A stretch of 64,000 nucleotides of DNA from contig JBAZSB010000001.1 in NCBI GenBank assembly GCA_041662625.1, forward strand, positions 246,467 through 310,466, read 5' to 3'. The position numbers and the translations under genes are program-made. The notes beneath the pieces are model-generated. The model was not told the DNA's origin, did no database searches, and worked only from the letters and a program-made list of their open reading frames with translations. Positions 37,886 to 47,568 of the stretch are shown one piece after another; positions within the stretch are counted from its first letter, which is position 1, and every line of letters begins with the position of its first letter. The DNA is from Patescibacteria group bacterium. GTDB taxonomy: Bacteria > Patescibacteriota > Patescibacteriia > Buchananbacterales > UBA6539.

Positions 37886-38534
37886 CAAACCGGGAGCCGC
37901 GGCCTTTGAAAAAGACTAAGGCCAAAATCGGCAGAACAATCCAGCAAAACTTGCCTAAATCGCTTAAAAAAACTATTTGGGTAAAATGCGATAAATGCTC
38001 AACTGCAACACTGGGCAAAAATGAAAGGATGATACTAGCCAAAAGCCCGACTTGTAAAAGCGAAAAGATGATTACCTGCCACCAGCCGCCGGAAAGACTG
38101 CTGAAACCTTGAACCAAAACACTACGAGATAAAAAGACAAAGAGGAGGGCAAAGACAATCAGAAAAGCAGAAATTTGGAAAGAGAAAACCGAAATACTGT
38201 TTATCATTGTTGTCAGCTTATCCATATAAGGCAGATTGGTGGTAACAGCCAAAGCTAAATAGGTGCTGATTAAAATTGAGACGATCCGATTACGGCCTAA
38301 AGTGAAACTATAAATTAAAACGCTGACAATGAAAAAAAGTAGGATCACTATATCCCAGGTTGGCGTTGACCAGTCAATTCCTAAAAAACTAAACCAGATG
38401 TCTTTGCCGCCAGCGGCAGCTTGGTTTGCAACTGGCGTGACCTGCTCCTGAAGCGAATTGGCTAAGTCCATTAGGGTAGTGGTAGCGGTTTCTAGGGTCA
38501 TACATTTAGAATCAAGAATTAAGGGGCCGTTCAA
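37875..38534 (-). CDS. Polytopic membrane protein, unknown function
   Basis: 219 aa with 5-6 predicted TM helices; no recognisable motif. Confidence 0.5.
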   Translation of the reverse strand: MNGPLILDSKCMTLETATTTLMDLANSLQEQVTPVANQAAAGGKDIWFSFLGIDWSTPTWDIVILLFFIVSVLIYSFTLGRNRIVSILISTYLALAVTTNLPYMDKLTTMINSISVFSFQISAFLIVFALLFVFLSRSVLVQGFSSLSGGWWQVIIFSLLQVGLLASIILSFLPSVAVEHLSHFTQIVFLSDLGKFCWIVLPILALVFFKGRGSRFDFR

Positions 38535-38547
38535 TTTTCTTTAACTC

Positions 38548-39663
38548 TTAATCATTTTGTTCTAACTCTTTTAAAAGCTCTTTCTGGCGGCGGGATAATC
38601 GGGAAGGCGTTTTGACAATTATTTCAACCAACTGGTCACCCCGGCCGCGGCCATGAAGAATGGGTACACCTCTGCCTTTGAGCTGAAAGATTTTGCCGCT
38701 TTGGGTGGCTTCGGGAATTTTCAACCGAACCGTGCCGTCAAGAGTCTCAATATCAATTTTAGCACCTAAAGCCGCCTGAGTAAAAGAAATTTCTTTTTTA
38801 GTTTTCAAGTCAAAACCAGCTCGCTTAAACCGCAAGTCGGGCAAAACTTTGATGCGCAAATAAAGATCACCGGCTTGCCCGCCTTTATTGCCCGCCTGGC
38901 CTTTGCCGGCTAAACGGACAGTCTGGCCGTTATCAATTCCGGCCGGAATTTTAACTTTAATATGTTCAGTTTCTTTGGTGACACCCTGACCGCGGCACTG
39001 GCTGCATTCCTTTTCCGCTTTTTTGCCCGTACCTTCACAAGTGGGGCAGACACTGGGAAAGCCAATGCCAAAACCCATATTTCTCACCACTTGGCCGGTT
39101 CCCCGGCAAGTTGAGCAAGTCATGACTTTTGCGCCTGGTTCAGCGCCTTCGCCTTTGCATTTTTGACAGACACTATTTTTATTTAGGCTGAGTTCTTTTT
39201 CCGTACCAAAAACCGCTTCCTGAAAATCCAAGGTCAGCTCGGCTTCAATATCGGCACCCTGAAATTTACTAGCCCGGCGTGACTTGCTGCGGCTTGAGCC
39301 CATACCAAACAAATCACCAAAGATATCGCCTAAGTCGCCAAATTCAAAAGAGAAATTATTGCCGCCCTGGCCGCCTTGCTGGCCAAAAGCTGAAGCAAAA
39401 TCGGAAAAATCACGAAAGCCACCGGCACCAGAAAAACCGCCTTGTGAGCGGGCTTGTTCAAAAGTTTGGCCGTACTGGTCATACTGGGCTTTCTTTTCAG
39501 CGTTACCTAAAACGCTATAAGCCTCATTGATTTCTTTCATCTTGGCTTCATCGCCGCCTTTGTGCGGATGATGCTGATGGGCCATTTTGTAATAGGCTTT
39601 TTTAACTTCTTCCGGGCTGGCACCCTTAGAAATGCCTAAAGTTTGATAGTAGTCTTTTGCCAT
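38548..39663 (-). CDS. dnaJ: Chaperone DnaJ
   Basis: J-domain HPD (YYKMAHQHHPHKGG), G/F-rich region, four CxxCxGxG zinc-finger repeats. Confidence 0.9.
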   Translation of the reverse strand: MAKDYYQTLGISKGASPEEVKKAYYKMAHQHHPHKGGDEAKMKEINEAYSVLGNAEKKAQYDQYGQTFEQARSQGGFSGAGGFRDFSDFASAFGQQGGQGGNNFSFEFGDLGDIFGDLFGMGSSRSKSRRASKFQGADIEAELTLDFQEAVFGTEKELSLNKNSVCQKCKGEGAEPGAKVMTCSTCRGTGQVVRNMGFGIGFPSVCPTCEGTGKKAEKECSQCRGQGVTKETEHIKVKIPAGIDNGQTVRLAGKGQAGNKGGQAGDLYLRIKVLPDLRFKRAGFDLKTKKEISFTQAALGAKIDIETLDGTVRLKIPEATQSGKIFQLKGRGVPILHGRGRGDQLVEIIVKTPSRLSRRQKELLKELEQND

Positions 39664-39760
39664 AGGTTAGTAAGTAGGGCGGTAGGTTGGTAGGACGGTA
39701 GGATATTGAAATTATTCCTACCGATCTGCCGCTCTACCAACCTACTAATCTATTCTGCTT
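39664..39760. repeat. Intergenic palindromic repeat, family 1, copy 2 (about 30-bp imperfect stem)
   Basis: gttagtaagtagggcggtaggttggtaggacggtagga-N11-tcctaccgatctgccgctctaccaacctac. Confidence 0.7.
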
Positions 39761-40040
39761 TAAACCCAATCTCACTTTTTGGTGCTTCGGCTTCTTCAAC
39801 TTTGCCAAAAGTGGCTTCGTATTTTTTTAAATTTTCGTCCAAAGCCCGGATAATCCGCTTAAGATGACCGGGACTGGTGATGATTTTGCCGACAACGCGG
39901 CCAGAGGGTGCAACAATGTTTAGAAAAGTCAGCAAGAATTCTTCTTTAGTGTGGCCGACTGACATGGCATTAGCATATTCGCCGCCAGCAAAAGTGTCAC
40001 GGATTTGAATTTGATTTGGTGTTGGTTGTTGTTTGTCCAT
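39750..40040 (-). CDS. Small conserved hypothetical protein between dnaK and dnaJ (likely start MDKQQ)
   Basis: ORF of 96 aa from the internal Met; no assignable family. Confidence 0.45.
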   Translation of the reverse strand: MDKQQPTPNQIQIRDTFAGGEYANAMSVGHTKEEFLLTFLNIVAPSGRVVGKIITSPGHLKRIIRALDENLKKYEATFGKVEEAEAPKSEIGFKAE

Positions 40041-40148
40041 ATGATTATTGGATGCCGGATCAAGTCCGGCATGACACGACAAGGCGGAGCAGGACTGCCC
40101 CGCCTTTATTTTCTTAATTTTTTAATTTATTATTTTCTTACTCTTAAG

Positions 40149-42083
40149 TTATTTCTTAGAATCCTCAACTTCGCCTTCAACGACTTCGCCTTCTTCTGGC
40201 TTTCCGCTAGAGGCGGATTCACCTTCGGCGGATTTCTGTTCTCCGGCTTGCCCATTAGCCTGCTGACTAGCTTGCTGTTGCTGCTGTTGTTGATACATGG
40301 CCTGGCCAATTTTTTGGGCCACCTGGCTTAATTCCTGGCTGTGCCGCTTTATTGCTTCTAAATCTTCGCCATCTTTGACTTTCTTTAGTTCATCAACCTT
40401 AGCTTCAATTTCTTTTTTGTCAGCTTCCCCGACTTTGTCACCGGCATCGCGCAAAGCCTTTTCTGTAGAGTAAACCAAAGTATCAGCCATGTTTCTGGCT
40501 TCAATCAGTTCCTTTTTCTTCAAATCTTCCGCCGCATGAGTTTCGGCTTCGCGTTTCATCTTTTCCACTTCTTCTTTGGAAAGCCCAGATGAAGCAGTAA
40601 TAGTGATTTTTTGTTCCCGGCCAGTCCCCCGGTCTTTGGCACTGACATTCAAAATGCCATTGGCATCAATGTCAAAAGTGACTTCAATTTGAGGTAAACC
40701 TCGGGGTGACGGCGGAATACCATCCAAGATAAAGCGGCCTAAAGTTTTATTGTCATGAGCCATTGGCCGTTCGCCCTGGAGGACATGAATTTCAACCGAT
40801 GGCTGGTTATCCGCTGCTGTAGAGAAAACCTGTGACTTGGTGGTCGGGATCGTAGTGTTTCTTTCAATCAAAGGTGTGGCGACACTGCCCAAGGTTTCAA
40901 TACCTAAAGTTAACGGCGTCACGTCAAGCAATAATACATCTTTGACATCACCCTGCAGAACTCCAGCTTGCACTGCCGCACCCAAAGCGACCACTTCATC
41001 AGGATTAACTGAGATATTTGGTTTTTTACCGAAGAATTGCTCAACCGTTTTTAAAACCAAAGGCATGCGGGTCATACCGCCGACCATAACCACTTCTTCA
41101 ATATCTTTAGTTTGCACACCGGCATCAGCCAAGGCTTTTTTACAAGGCTCTAAAGTCTTTTGAACTAAATCTCCGACTAATTCTTCGAGTTTGGCCCGGG
41201 TCAGTTTCATAACCAGGTGCTTTGGTCCGGAAGCATCAGTTGTGATAAACGGCTGGTTAATTTCAGTTTCTTGAGCCGTCGAAAGTTCAATTTTGGCTTT
41301 TTCCGCTGCTTCCTTAATCCTTTGTAAGGCTAAAGGATCTTTGGACAGATCAATCCCCTGATCCTTTTTAAATTCTGCGATAACCCATTCAATCAGGCGC
41401 TGATCAAAATCATCACCGCCCAAATGAGTGTCACCATTGGTTGATTTGACTTCCACGGTATCTTGAGAAATATCTAAAACCGAGATATCAAAGGTACCGC
41501 CACCGAGGTCATAAACTGCAATTTTTTGGCCTTTCTTTTTCTCAAAGCCATAAGCCAAAGCTGCGGCGGTTGGTTCATTGATAATCTGCTTAACTTTCAA
41601 ACCGGCAATTTCTCCGGCATCTTTAGTCGCTCGGCGTTGTGAGTCATTGAAGTAAGCCGGCACGGTAATAATGGCTTCAGTGATTTTTTCACCGAGTCTG
41701 GCTTCGGCATCAGCTTTCAGTTTAGCTAAAATCATCGCCGAAATTTCTTGCGGCGTGTATTCTTTGCCCGACATCACGATTTTAATGCCATCGCCCGCTT
41801 TAACCATTTTAAACGGCATTAGCTTAACATCGCGCTGGACTTCGTCTTCTTCCCAGCGGCGGCCGATTAAGCGTTTGATGGAAAATAAAGTATTCTGCGG
41901 ATTGGTCACGGCTTGCCGCTTGGCCAGTTGGCCGACTAAGCGTTCACCAGTTTTATTAATGGCTACCACTGAAGGCGTGGTACGGGCACCTTCGGCGTTT
42001 TCCAACACCTTCGGCTCGCCGCCTTCAATAATTGCCATGCAGGAATTAGTGGTTCCTAGATCAATACCTAAAATTTTACTCAT
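40149..42083 (-). CDS. dnaK: Chaperone DnaK (Hsp70)
   Basis: [36 protein letters not shown] signatures. 644 aa with a Q-rich C-terminal tail. Confidence 0.95.
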   Translation of the reverse strand: MSKILGIDLGTTNSCMAIIEGGEPKVLENAEGARTTPSVVAINKTGERLVGQLAKRQAVTNPQNTLFSIKRLIGRRWEEDEVQRDVKLMPFKMVKAGDGIKIVMSGKEYTPQEISAMILAKLKADAEARLGEKITEAIITVPAYFNDSQRRATKDAGEIAGLKVKQIINEPTAAALAYGFEKKKGQKIAVYDLGGGTFDISVLDISQDTVEVKSTNGDTHLGGDDFDQRLIEWVIAEFKKDQGIDLSKDPLALQRIKEAAEKAKIELSTAQETEINQPFITTDASGPKHLVMKLTRAKLEELVGDLVQKTLEPCKKALADAGVQTKDIEEVVMVGGMTRMPLVLKTVEQFFGKKPNISVNPDEVVALGAAVQAGVLQGDVKDVLLLDVTPLTLGIETLGSVATPLIERNTTIPTTKSQVFSTAADNQPSVEIHVLQGERPMAHDNKTLGRFILDGIPPSPRGLPQIEVTFDIDANGILNVSAKDRGTGREQKITITASSGLSKEEVEKMKREAETHAAEDLKKKELIEARNMADTLVYSTEKALRDAGDKVGEADKKEIEAKVDELKKVKDGEDLEAIKRHSQELSQVAQKIGQAMYQQQQQQQASQQANGQAGEQKSAEGESASSGKPEEGEVVEGEVEDSKK

Positions 42084-42102
42084 AGTATTTTGTAATTAAT
42101 TA

Positions 42103-42516
42103 TTATTTTTTATTTACCGAAATCGGAATAGTCTTAGGTTTGACTTCTGGGGACTTGGGAATGCTGATTTTTAGCACGCCATCATTGTATTCGGCTTTGG
42201 CATCATTAGGCATAACGTGGGTTGGCAAAGCGACCGACCGGAAAAAACTGCCCGAGCGAATTTCTTTGCGGTAATAATTCTTTTCTTCCACTTCTGACTC
42301 TTTCTTGGCTTCACCTTTGATTGTTAAAACGTCATTTTCTACCGAAATCTCAACGTCTTTGGGGTCAATGCCAGCCAGCGGCGTTTCCACCACCACATCA
42401 TTTTTAGTTTCATAAACATCAATTGCCGGGGCAAAGCCCTGATTGCCGTGCTCGGTCATAAACTTTTCCATTTCCTCGAATGGTTCAAGAAATGGGGTCC
42501 ATTTTATAATAGCCAT
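42103..42516 (-). CDS. Hsp20/alpha-crystallin family small heat-shock protein
   Basis: PAIDVYETKNDVVVETPLAGIDPKDVEISVENDVLTIKGE...GSFFRSVALP. Confidence 0.85.
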   Translation of the reverse strand: MAIIKWTPFLEPFEEMEKFMTEHGNQGFAPAIDVYETKNDVVVETPLAGIDPKDVEISVENDVLTIKGEAKKESEVEEKNYYRKEIRSGSFFRSVALPTHVMPNDAKAEYNDGVLKISIPKSPEVKPKTIPISVNKK

Positions 42517-42559
42517 AAATTTATTTCCTTTTACAGCTTCTCGGAAAATCCGAGTTAGC

Positions 42560-42660
42560 TTGATTAATTTTTATTAGGAATTAGGAAGTTAAGAATTTAG
42601 GAGTTAGCACATTGTCTAAGTCTAATTCCTAATTTCCTAAATTCCTAAAGCCTAACTTCC
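42560..42660. repeat. Intergenic palindromic repeat, family 2 (aggaatt/aattcct units), copy 1
   Basis: ttaggaattaggaagttaagaatttaggagttag ... ctaattcctaatttcctaaattcctaaagcctaacttcctac. Confidence 0.7.
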
Positions 42661-43160
42661 TACTTCGCCACTTTCACCTTGGCCGGATAAATCACTTTAC
42701 CATGCAAAGTATAGCCGGCTTTGACTTCTTCAAAGATAACATCTGTTTCAAAACCTTCTTTTTCTTCATGACTGGCTGCTTCATGAAACTGGGGGTCAAA
42801 CTTTTCACCAACTGTTTTGATTTCTTCAATGCCAAGCTGTTTCAAAAAGTCTTCAAACTGTTTTTTAATATGGAAAAACCCAATTACCCAATCGGCTTTT
42901 TTTTGTTCGGGCGGCACATGCTGCAAAGCCAGTTTAAAATGGTCGAAAACCGGCAAAAGCTGGGCCACCAAAGCGGCATTGGCAAATTGGATTAATTCTC
43001 CTTGTCTTTTTTCGGTATCTTTCTTTAAATTCAAATAATCCGCCTTAGCCCGTTTCCAGCCGTCTAAATGTTCCTCGGCTTTTCTTTGGGCTAGCTCAAG
43101 TTCTGATTTTAGTTCATCGATATCAAAGTCGTTGTCTTGTTGTTGAGTTTTGTTTTGCAT
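42660..43160 (-). CDS. grpE: Nucleotide exchange factor GrpE
   Basis: Coiled-coil N-terminus, GrpE C-terminal beta domain, position within the hrcA-grpE-dnaK operon. Confidence 0.85.
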   Translation of the reverse strand: MQNKTQQQDNDFDIDELKSELELAQRKAEEHLDGWKRAKADYLNLKKDTEKRQGELIQFANAALVAQLLPVFDHFKLALQHVPPEQKKADWVIGFFHIKKQFEDFLKQLGIEEIKTVGEKFDPQFHEAASHEEKEGFETDVIFEEVKAGYTLHGKVIYPAKVKVAK

Positions 43161-43255
43161 AAATTAGTATTTAGTAAGTAGAACGGTAGATTGGTAGAAC
43201 GGTAGGTGCTTGCCTACCAATCTACTTTCCTACCGACCTACCGATCTAGGCTGTT
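43161..43255. repeat. Intergenic palindromic repeat, family 1, copy 3
   Basis: tttagtaagtagaacggtagattggtagaacggtagg-tgcttg-cctaccaatctactttcctaccgacctacc. Confidence 0.7.
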
Positions 43256-43960
43256 AATTATCTGCTGGCTATACTTAACTAAACTAAAATTAGTTTGGTA
43301 GTCCATTCTGGTTGGACCTAAAATCCCCAAAATACCCTGACTGTTTTTCACCTGATACTTAGCTAAAACCGAACTGCAATCCTGGCCAAAGGGATTTTTG
43401 CTGCCGATTACCACTTCGACTTCAGAGTCAATTTTATTAAAAATTTTATTAACTACTTTATCCAAATGGTCAATTACCCGGCTTAAATGATAAACCACTT
43501 GATGCTGGGTAAATTCTGGCTGCTCAAAAAGATTAGAAAGGCCGGTGTAATAAAAATCGTTATCGGCAAAAGCAATAAAAACGGCATTGTCCGAAAGCTC
43601 AGCCAGACTTTTAGCCAATTCTTTTAAAGTTCTGGGTTCAAAATTCTTGAGGCTTTTAAAAGTCTTGTCAATCAGCTCCTGCTGCTTTTTGGCTAGCTTC
43701 AAATCCTGCAAAAAATTATCGACAAAAAATTGATAGCCAAGTTCGGTCGGCACCCTCCCGGCAGAAGTATGCGGGTGAGAGATATAGCCCTGGTCTTCGA
43801 GCTCGGCCATTTCGTTTCTGATGGTGGCCGAACTCAAATCAAAATTCCCCGCTTCGGTAATGAATTTGGAGCTTACCGGCTGGGCGGTTTTAATATATTG
43901 GGAAGTAATAATTTTAAGCAAATTTTGCTGGCGTGGGTTCATTTTTGCTAAATTTAGCAA
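43238..43960 (-). CDS. hrcA: Heat-inducible transcription repressor HrcA (short form)
   Basis: Winged-helix N-terminus (…SSKFITEAGNFDLSSATIRNEMAELEDQGYISHPHTSAGRVPT). A CIRCE operator lies immediately upstream. Confidence 0.85.
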   Translation of the reverse strand: MLNLAKMNPRQQNLLKIITSQYIKTAQPVSSKFITEAGNFDLSSATIRNEMAELEDQGYISHPHTSAGRVPTELGYQFFVDNFLQDLKLAKKQQELIDKTFKSLKNFEPRTLKELAKSLAELSDNAVFIAFADNDFYYTGLSNLFEQPEFTQHQVVYHLSRVIDHLDKVVNKIFNKIDSEVEVVIGSKNPFGQDCSSVLAKYQVKNSQGILGILGPTRMDYQTNFSLVKYSQQIINSLDR

Positions 43961-43965
43961 TCTTA

Positions 43966-43992
43966 GCTTATTAGCACTCTCTTACTTAGAGT
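43966..43992. promoter_or_regulatory. CIRCE operator (HrcA binding site)
   Basis: TTAGCACTC-N9-GAGTGCTAA perfect inverted repeat upstream of hrcA. Confidence 0.9.
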
Positions 43993-44073
43993 GCTAATTT
44001 TATTCTAACTGGTTAGAAAATAGCTGTCAAGACTATTGGCATACCCTATATCAAAAGGTTTTAGTTAATTCAT

Positions 44074-44103
44074 TGACAGTCAAGTTACGATACGATAAAA
44101 TTA
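44074..44103 (+). promoter_or_regulatory. Sigma-70-like promoter for the plus-strand GC-island gene
   Basis: TTGACA - 17 bp - TAAAAT about 55 bp upstream of the 44161 start. SD GGAGGAG 6 nt before the ATG. Confidence 0.55.
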
Positions 44104-44160
44104 GAAGACATTTACCGCTCATTTGTCAGGAGGATACAGAATACACTGGAGGAGAATGGC

Positions 44161-44586
44161 ATGGCCCCTTATCGATTTAGTTTCCGTCACCCTTTTTCCC
44201 GAGACGGCCACCTTAAACCCCTGATATCAGGGTGCCGGCTGGTTTTCCGGGTGGAAGTCAGATGCCGCAAAGGCGAGAAACAATGCTATGGCGTATTGGT
44301 CCTGATCAACGAATTGCCGGCTGCGGCAGGAGGTAACGACAGGTTCTTCGATTGGCTCTACAGCCGCCTCGAAAGTCGTGCAGTCAAACTGCCGGCCAAT
44401 CTGCTAGTCTGGGATAAAGGGATCGTTCGCACCAAAAGGACTATCAGAATTTCGTTTTCTTTCAAGCCCGAGAAGAGTGGCGACTTTATGACGGCTGCCG
44501 AGGAAGCCAGGGTTTCCTTAGTTGGTATGCAACAGCATATCGCTGAAGCAATCGCGCCTTTCGAAAGAGAATGCAGCCAGCAATAA
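44161..44586 (+). CDS. Hypothetical protein (141 aa) in a GC-rich island
   Basis: Strong promoter, SD and terminator frame the ORF. No recognisable family. Confidence 0.55.
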   Translation: MAPYRFSFRHPFSRDGHLKPLISGCRLVFRVEVRCRKGEKQCYGVLVLINELPAAAGGNDRFFDWLYSRLESRAVKLPANLLVWDKGIVRTKRTIRISFSFKPEKSGDFMTAAEEARVSLVGMQQHIAEAIAPFERECSQQ

Positions 44587-44610
44587 CTGGAGGGTAAACC
44601 GGAATCATCA

Positions 44611-44648
44611 GTCTGGGACAGTAAGTTTAGGTCCCAGACTTTTTTTGT
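44611..44648 (+). terminator. Rho-independent terminator
   Basis: gtctgggac-(11 nt loop)-gtcccagac followed by TTTTTTTG. Confidence 0.8.
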
Positions 44649-44737
44649 TGCTTATTTTTAGATTAAAAAAAGAGAGTGTACATGCCACTCTCCATAAGAT
44701 TCCTCCACGAGTAATTTACCCCCCACTATTGTTGCGG

Positions 44738-45805
44738 CTACACGCCGACTGGCTGTCCTGATTCAGCCGAGACATAGATAGCCTGGGCAAGAGCCACGGC
44801 TTTTCGGGCCTCTTTACCATCAACCACTGGCTGACGGCCCGACTGAATCGCCTCGGTGAAATCGCGCAGTTGAAGCAGATGGCCCTCACCCTTCAAAGCC
44901 GCAATCGGGTCTTTGGCTGCGGAACCGGTTCCCGATTCCCCGCCAATCTCAGCTTTGACTCTGTCATCTGCATCCTTGTGTTCGGCGTAATCGGCAAATT
45001 CCCAGAGTATGATTTTGCCGTCTTCGAGAACCACTGTACCCTTGGTGCCGTAGATTCCAAACCGCACCGCGCCACCCGGCCAAGTAGCGGTCGTGGACAT
45101 GACGGTACCCAATGCCCCGTTCTCGAATTCAAGAAGAGCACCGGCGAGATCTTCCATCTCTATCCCCTGATGGAATCTCTTTCTCGTCTGCCCAAAAACC
45201 CGGCTGATCGGTCCCAAAAACCACTGGGCCAAATCGAGTTGGTGGATACCTTGGTTGATGAGCGCTCCTCCACCATCGAACTTCAGCGTACCGCGCCAAG
45301 AGACTGATGTGTAGTAATCAGGTTCCCGCCACCAGGGAATGTGGACTAAGCAGGAAACAAACTGCCCAAAGCGGCCCTGGTCAATGGCCTGTTTTGTCAA
45401 CTGCGGCCCGCGCAGAAAACGACTCTGGAAGATACAGCCGAGTAAGACATCGGCCTGCTCCGCCGCAGCGATCAAATCGTCCGCCCGTGCGATATTAACC
45501 TCAATTGGTTTCTCGCACATGATGTGTTTACCTGCCTGAATACAGTCCAGGCCAATTTCCAGTCGCATGCCGCTTGGCACGCACAGGCAAACGGCATCTA
45601 TCTCCGGCCGCTCCAGCATTTCCCGAAAGTCAACATAACGGTCCACGCCATACTTCAAACCCAACCGTGAGGCCGCTGCATAAACTACGTCCGAAACAGC
45701 AACCAAATGGGCACCGGGAATACTGGCGATAGCATCGGCGTGCTTCGGCGCGATGTTGCCGCAGCCGATTATACCGTAACCGACTTTGTCTTTCTTACTA
45801 GCCAT
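44738..45805 (-). CDS. Gfo/Idh/MocA-family NAD(P)-dependent oxidoreductase, GC-rich
   Basis: N-terminal Rossmann motif VGYGIIGCGNIAPKHADAI...AVSDV; 355 aa. Confidence 0.8.
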   Translation of the reverse strand: MASKKDKVGYGIIGCGNIAPKHADAIASIPGAHLVAVSDVVYAAASRLGLKYGVDRYVDFREMLERPEIDAVCLCVPSGMRLEIGLDCIQAGKHIMCEKPIEVNIARADDLIAAAEQADVLLGCIFQSRFLRGPQLTKQAIDQGRFGQFVSCLVHIPWWREPDYYTSVSWRGTLKFDGGGALINQGIHQLDLAQWFLGPISRVFGQTRKRFHQGIEMEDLAGALLEFENGALGTVMSTTATWPGGAVRFGIYGTKGTVVLEDGKIILWEFADYAEHKDADDRVKAEIGGESGTGSAAKDPIAALKGEGHLLQLRDFTEAIQSGRQPVVDGKEARKAVALAQAIYVSAESGQPVGV

Positions 45806-45848
45806 ACGCTCTCCTTCTCCTGATCATCAGGTGGTTGACTGCGTTTCG

Positions 45849-46649
45849 TCAAAGTCCCAGCATTTGGTCCATCGTGTACCACCCAGCGGGTTTACCGGCA
45901 ATCCACTTAACCGTTGCCAACGCCCCTTCGGCAAAAACCTGGGGACTCTGAGCATGGTGCTCAAGGCACAGGGTTTCGCTTGGGCCGGCGAAGAGCACTG
46001 CGTGGTCACCGGCGATACTGCCAGCCCTGAGGGAATGAATGACGACCTGCTCGTCAAGTCTGGGGCTCTCGCTACGCCCAGCTTGACGACCGACGCTGAT
46101 CGCTAATTCAGGATTCCATTCCCGGGATTGACAGACGGTCTGAGCCAACATCCTGGCGGTGCCGCTGGGCGCATCCAGCTTTCGGCCATGGTGAGCCTCA
46201 ACAATCTCGATCTGAAAATACGGCGGCAGAGCCTTGGCCATTTTAGCCAACACTGCATTCATCACGTTGACGCCCAGGCTGAAGTTATTCGACACCAGCA
46301 CGGGCACGCTTCCGCTGAGCACTCTCAACGAAGCCAAGCGGGTTTCGCCCAAGCCTGTCGTGGCCACGACCACAGCGGTCTTGGTTTTGGCGGCGGACTC
46401 GGCTTGCACCACCACAGAATCCGGATCGTTGTTGAAGATCAACAGAACGTCAATGCCTGCAGTAGCTTGGGCGGGTAATGGTTCGCCTGGTTTGACTTGA
46501 ATCGTGCTGGTCGTGACCAAGCGGGTATCGATTCCAGAAACCGGACCGATACCAGGTTCTTTTATGGCTAATGCCTCAACCAACTGGCCCATTCTTCCCC
46601 CTACTCCTGAGATAATCAAACTTACTGGTTTCATCGTTCGCTCCTCCAA
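45849..46649 (-). CDS. Dihydrodipicolinate-reductase-like (DapB-family) oxidoreductase, GC-rich; probable start 46634
   Basis: N-terminal GVGGRMGQ dinucleotide-binding motif; C-terminal DapB-like domain (…EIVEAHHGRKLDAPSGTA…). Confidence 0.65.
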   Translation of the reverse strand: MEERTMKPVSLIISGVGGRMGQLVEALAIKEPGIGPVSGIDTRLVTTSTIQVKPGEPLPAQATAGIDVLLIFNNDPDSVVVQAESAAKTKTAVVVATTGLGETRLASLRVLSGSVPVLVSNNFSLGVNVMNAVLAKMAKALPPYFQIEIVEAHHGRKLDAPSGTARMLAQTVCQSREWNPELAISVGRQAGRSESPRLDEQVVIHSLRAGSIAGDHAVLFAGPSETLCLEHHAQSPQVFAEGALATVKWIAGKPAGWYTMDQMLGL

Positions 46650-46744
46650 TTTAGGGACACAAGGTTAAACACGACACTCACTAAACTAGCTCTAAATTAC
46701 CCCATTTCTTCCCTTAATGTCAATTTTTATGGTAAAATAATAAT

Positions 46745-47182
46745 ATGACAACAATCAGCAATAGAAACAAAAATCAAAAAGATACGGCTGACCGCTGGGT
46801 TTTGAAGACTATCTTAAACCTTTGGACCATCCTGACGATGGCTCTTTTCGTTATTGATTTTATTTCTGGCAATAAATTTGATAGCTCTGCAAGCGTCATT
46901 GGTATCATTTACCTGGCAATTTTAGGGATTTATGTCAGTGAAAAAGAATATATCCGCTGGCGAAGCAAATTCATCTCTTATTTTCTCGGCGAAGGCTTTA
47001 TTATTGCCTGGACCGTGATCATGGTGATGTTTGTTATCGGTGCTCCCCTTTCCTTTGGCCGTTTTCGTCTGCCAGCCGAATTTGCCATGGTTTATACTAG
47101 CGTAGTTGGTGCTTATGCCATCAGCCAGCATTCAAAAAACCTTTACCAGCAAAAAACAACCAAGGGCTTGCCAAAAAAATAA
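46745..47182 (+). CDS. Small membrane protein, unknown function
   Basis: 145 aa, about 4 TM helices. Confidence 0.5.
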   Translation: MTTISNRNKNQKDTADRWVLKTILNLWTILTMALFVIDFISGNKFDSSASVIGIIYLAILGIYVSEKEYIRWRSKFISYFLGEGFIIAWTVIMVMFVIGAPLSFGRFRLPAEFAMVYTSVVGAYAISQHSKNLYQQKTTKGLPKK

Positions 47183-47230
47183 GATAATGCTAATATATGC
47201 CAATAACAGATTAAATTACTACATTTACCT

Positions 47231-47518
47231 ATGAAAAAAGATATTCATCCCAAATATTATCCTGAGGCCAAGGTTATCTGCGCTTGCGGTAACCAGTTTA
47301 AGGTTGGTTCAACGATGCCGGAAATCCATGTGGAAATTTGCTCAATGTGTCACCCTTTTTATACGGGTAAACAAAAATTAGTGGATAGTGCCAGACGGGT
47401 AGAAAAATTCCAGGAAAGACTGGCTAAAAAGGCAGAAATTTCTGCCACCCGTAAAGGCAAAAAAGCCAAACGAGCAACTAAAACGAAGACGAAAAAAAGA
47501 GCCGAGAAAGAAAAATAA
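47231..47518 (+). CDS. rpmE: 50S ribosomal protein L31 with Lys-rich C-terminal extension
   Basis: [28 protein letters not shown]...[13 protein letters not shown]. Confidence 0.9.
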   Translation: MKKDIHPKYYPEAKVICACGNQFKVGSTMPEIHVEICSMCHPFYTGKQKLVDSARRVEKFQERLAKKAEISATRKGKKAKRATKTKTKKRAEKEK

Positions 47519-47568
47519 CTAAGCTAAACTTAAAACTCCCTCAAGGGGTTTTTTGTTATAATCAAAAT

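Noticed and set aside
45827-46106. Small ORFs 45827..46057 (-) and 45786..46106 (+) overlapping the DapB-like gene
   Set aside because: Embedded in a GC-rich real gene; no independent support.
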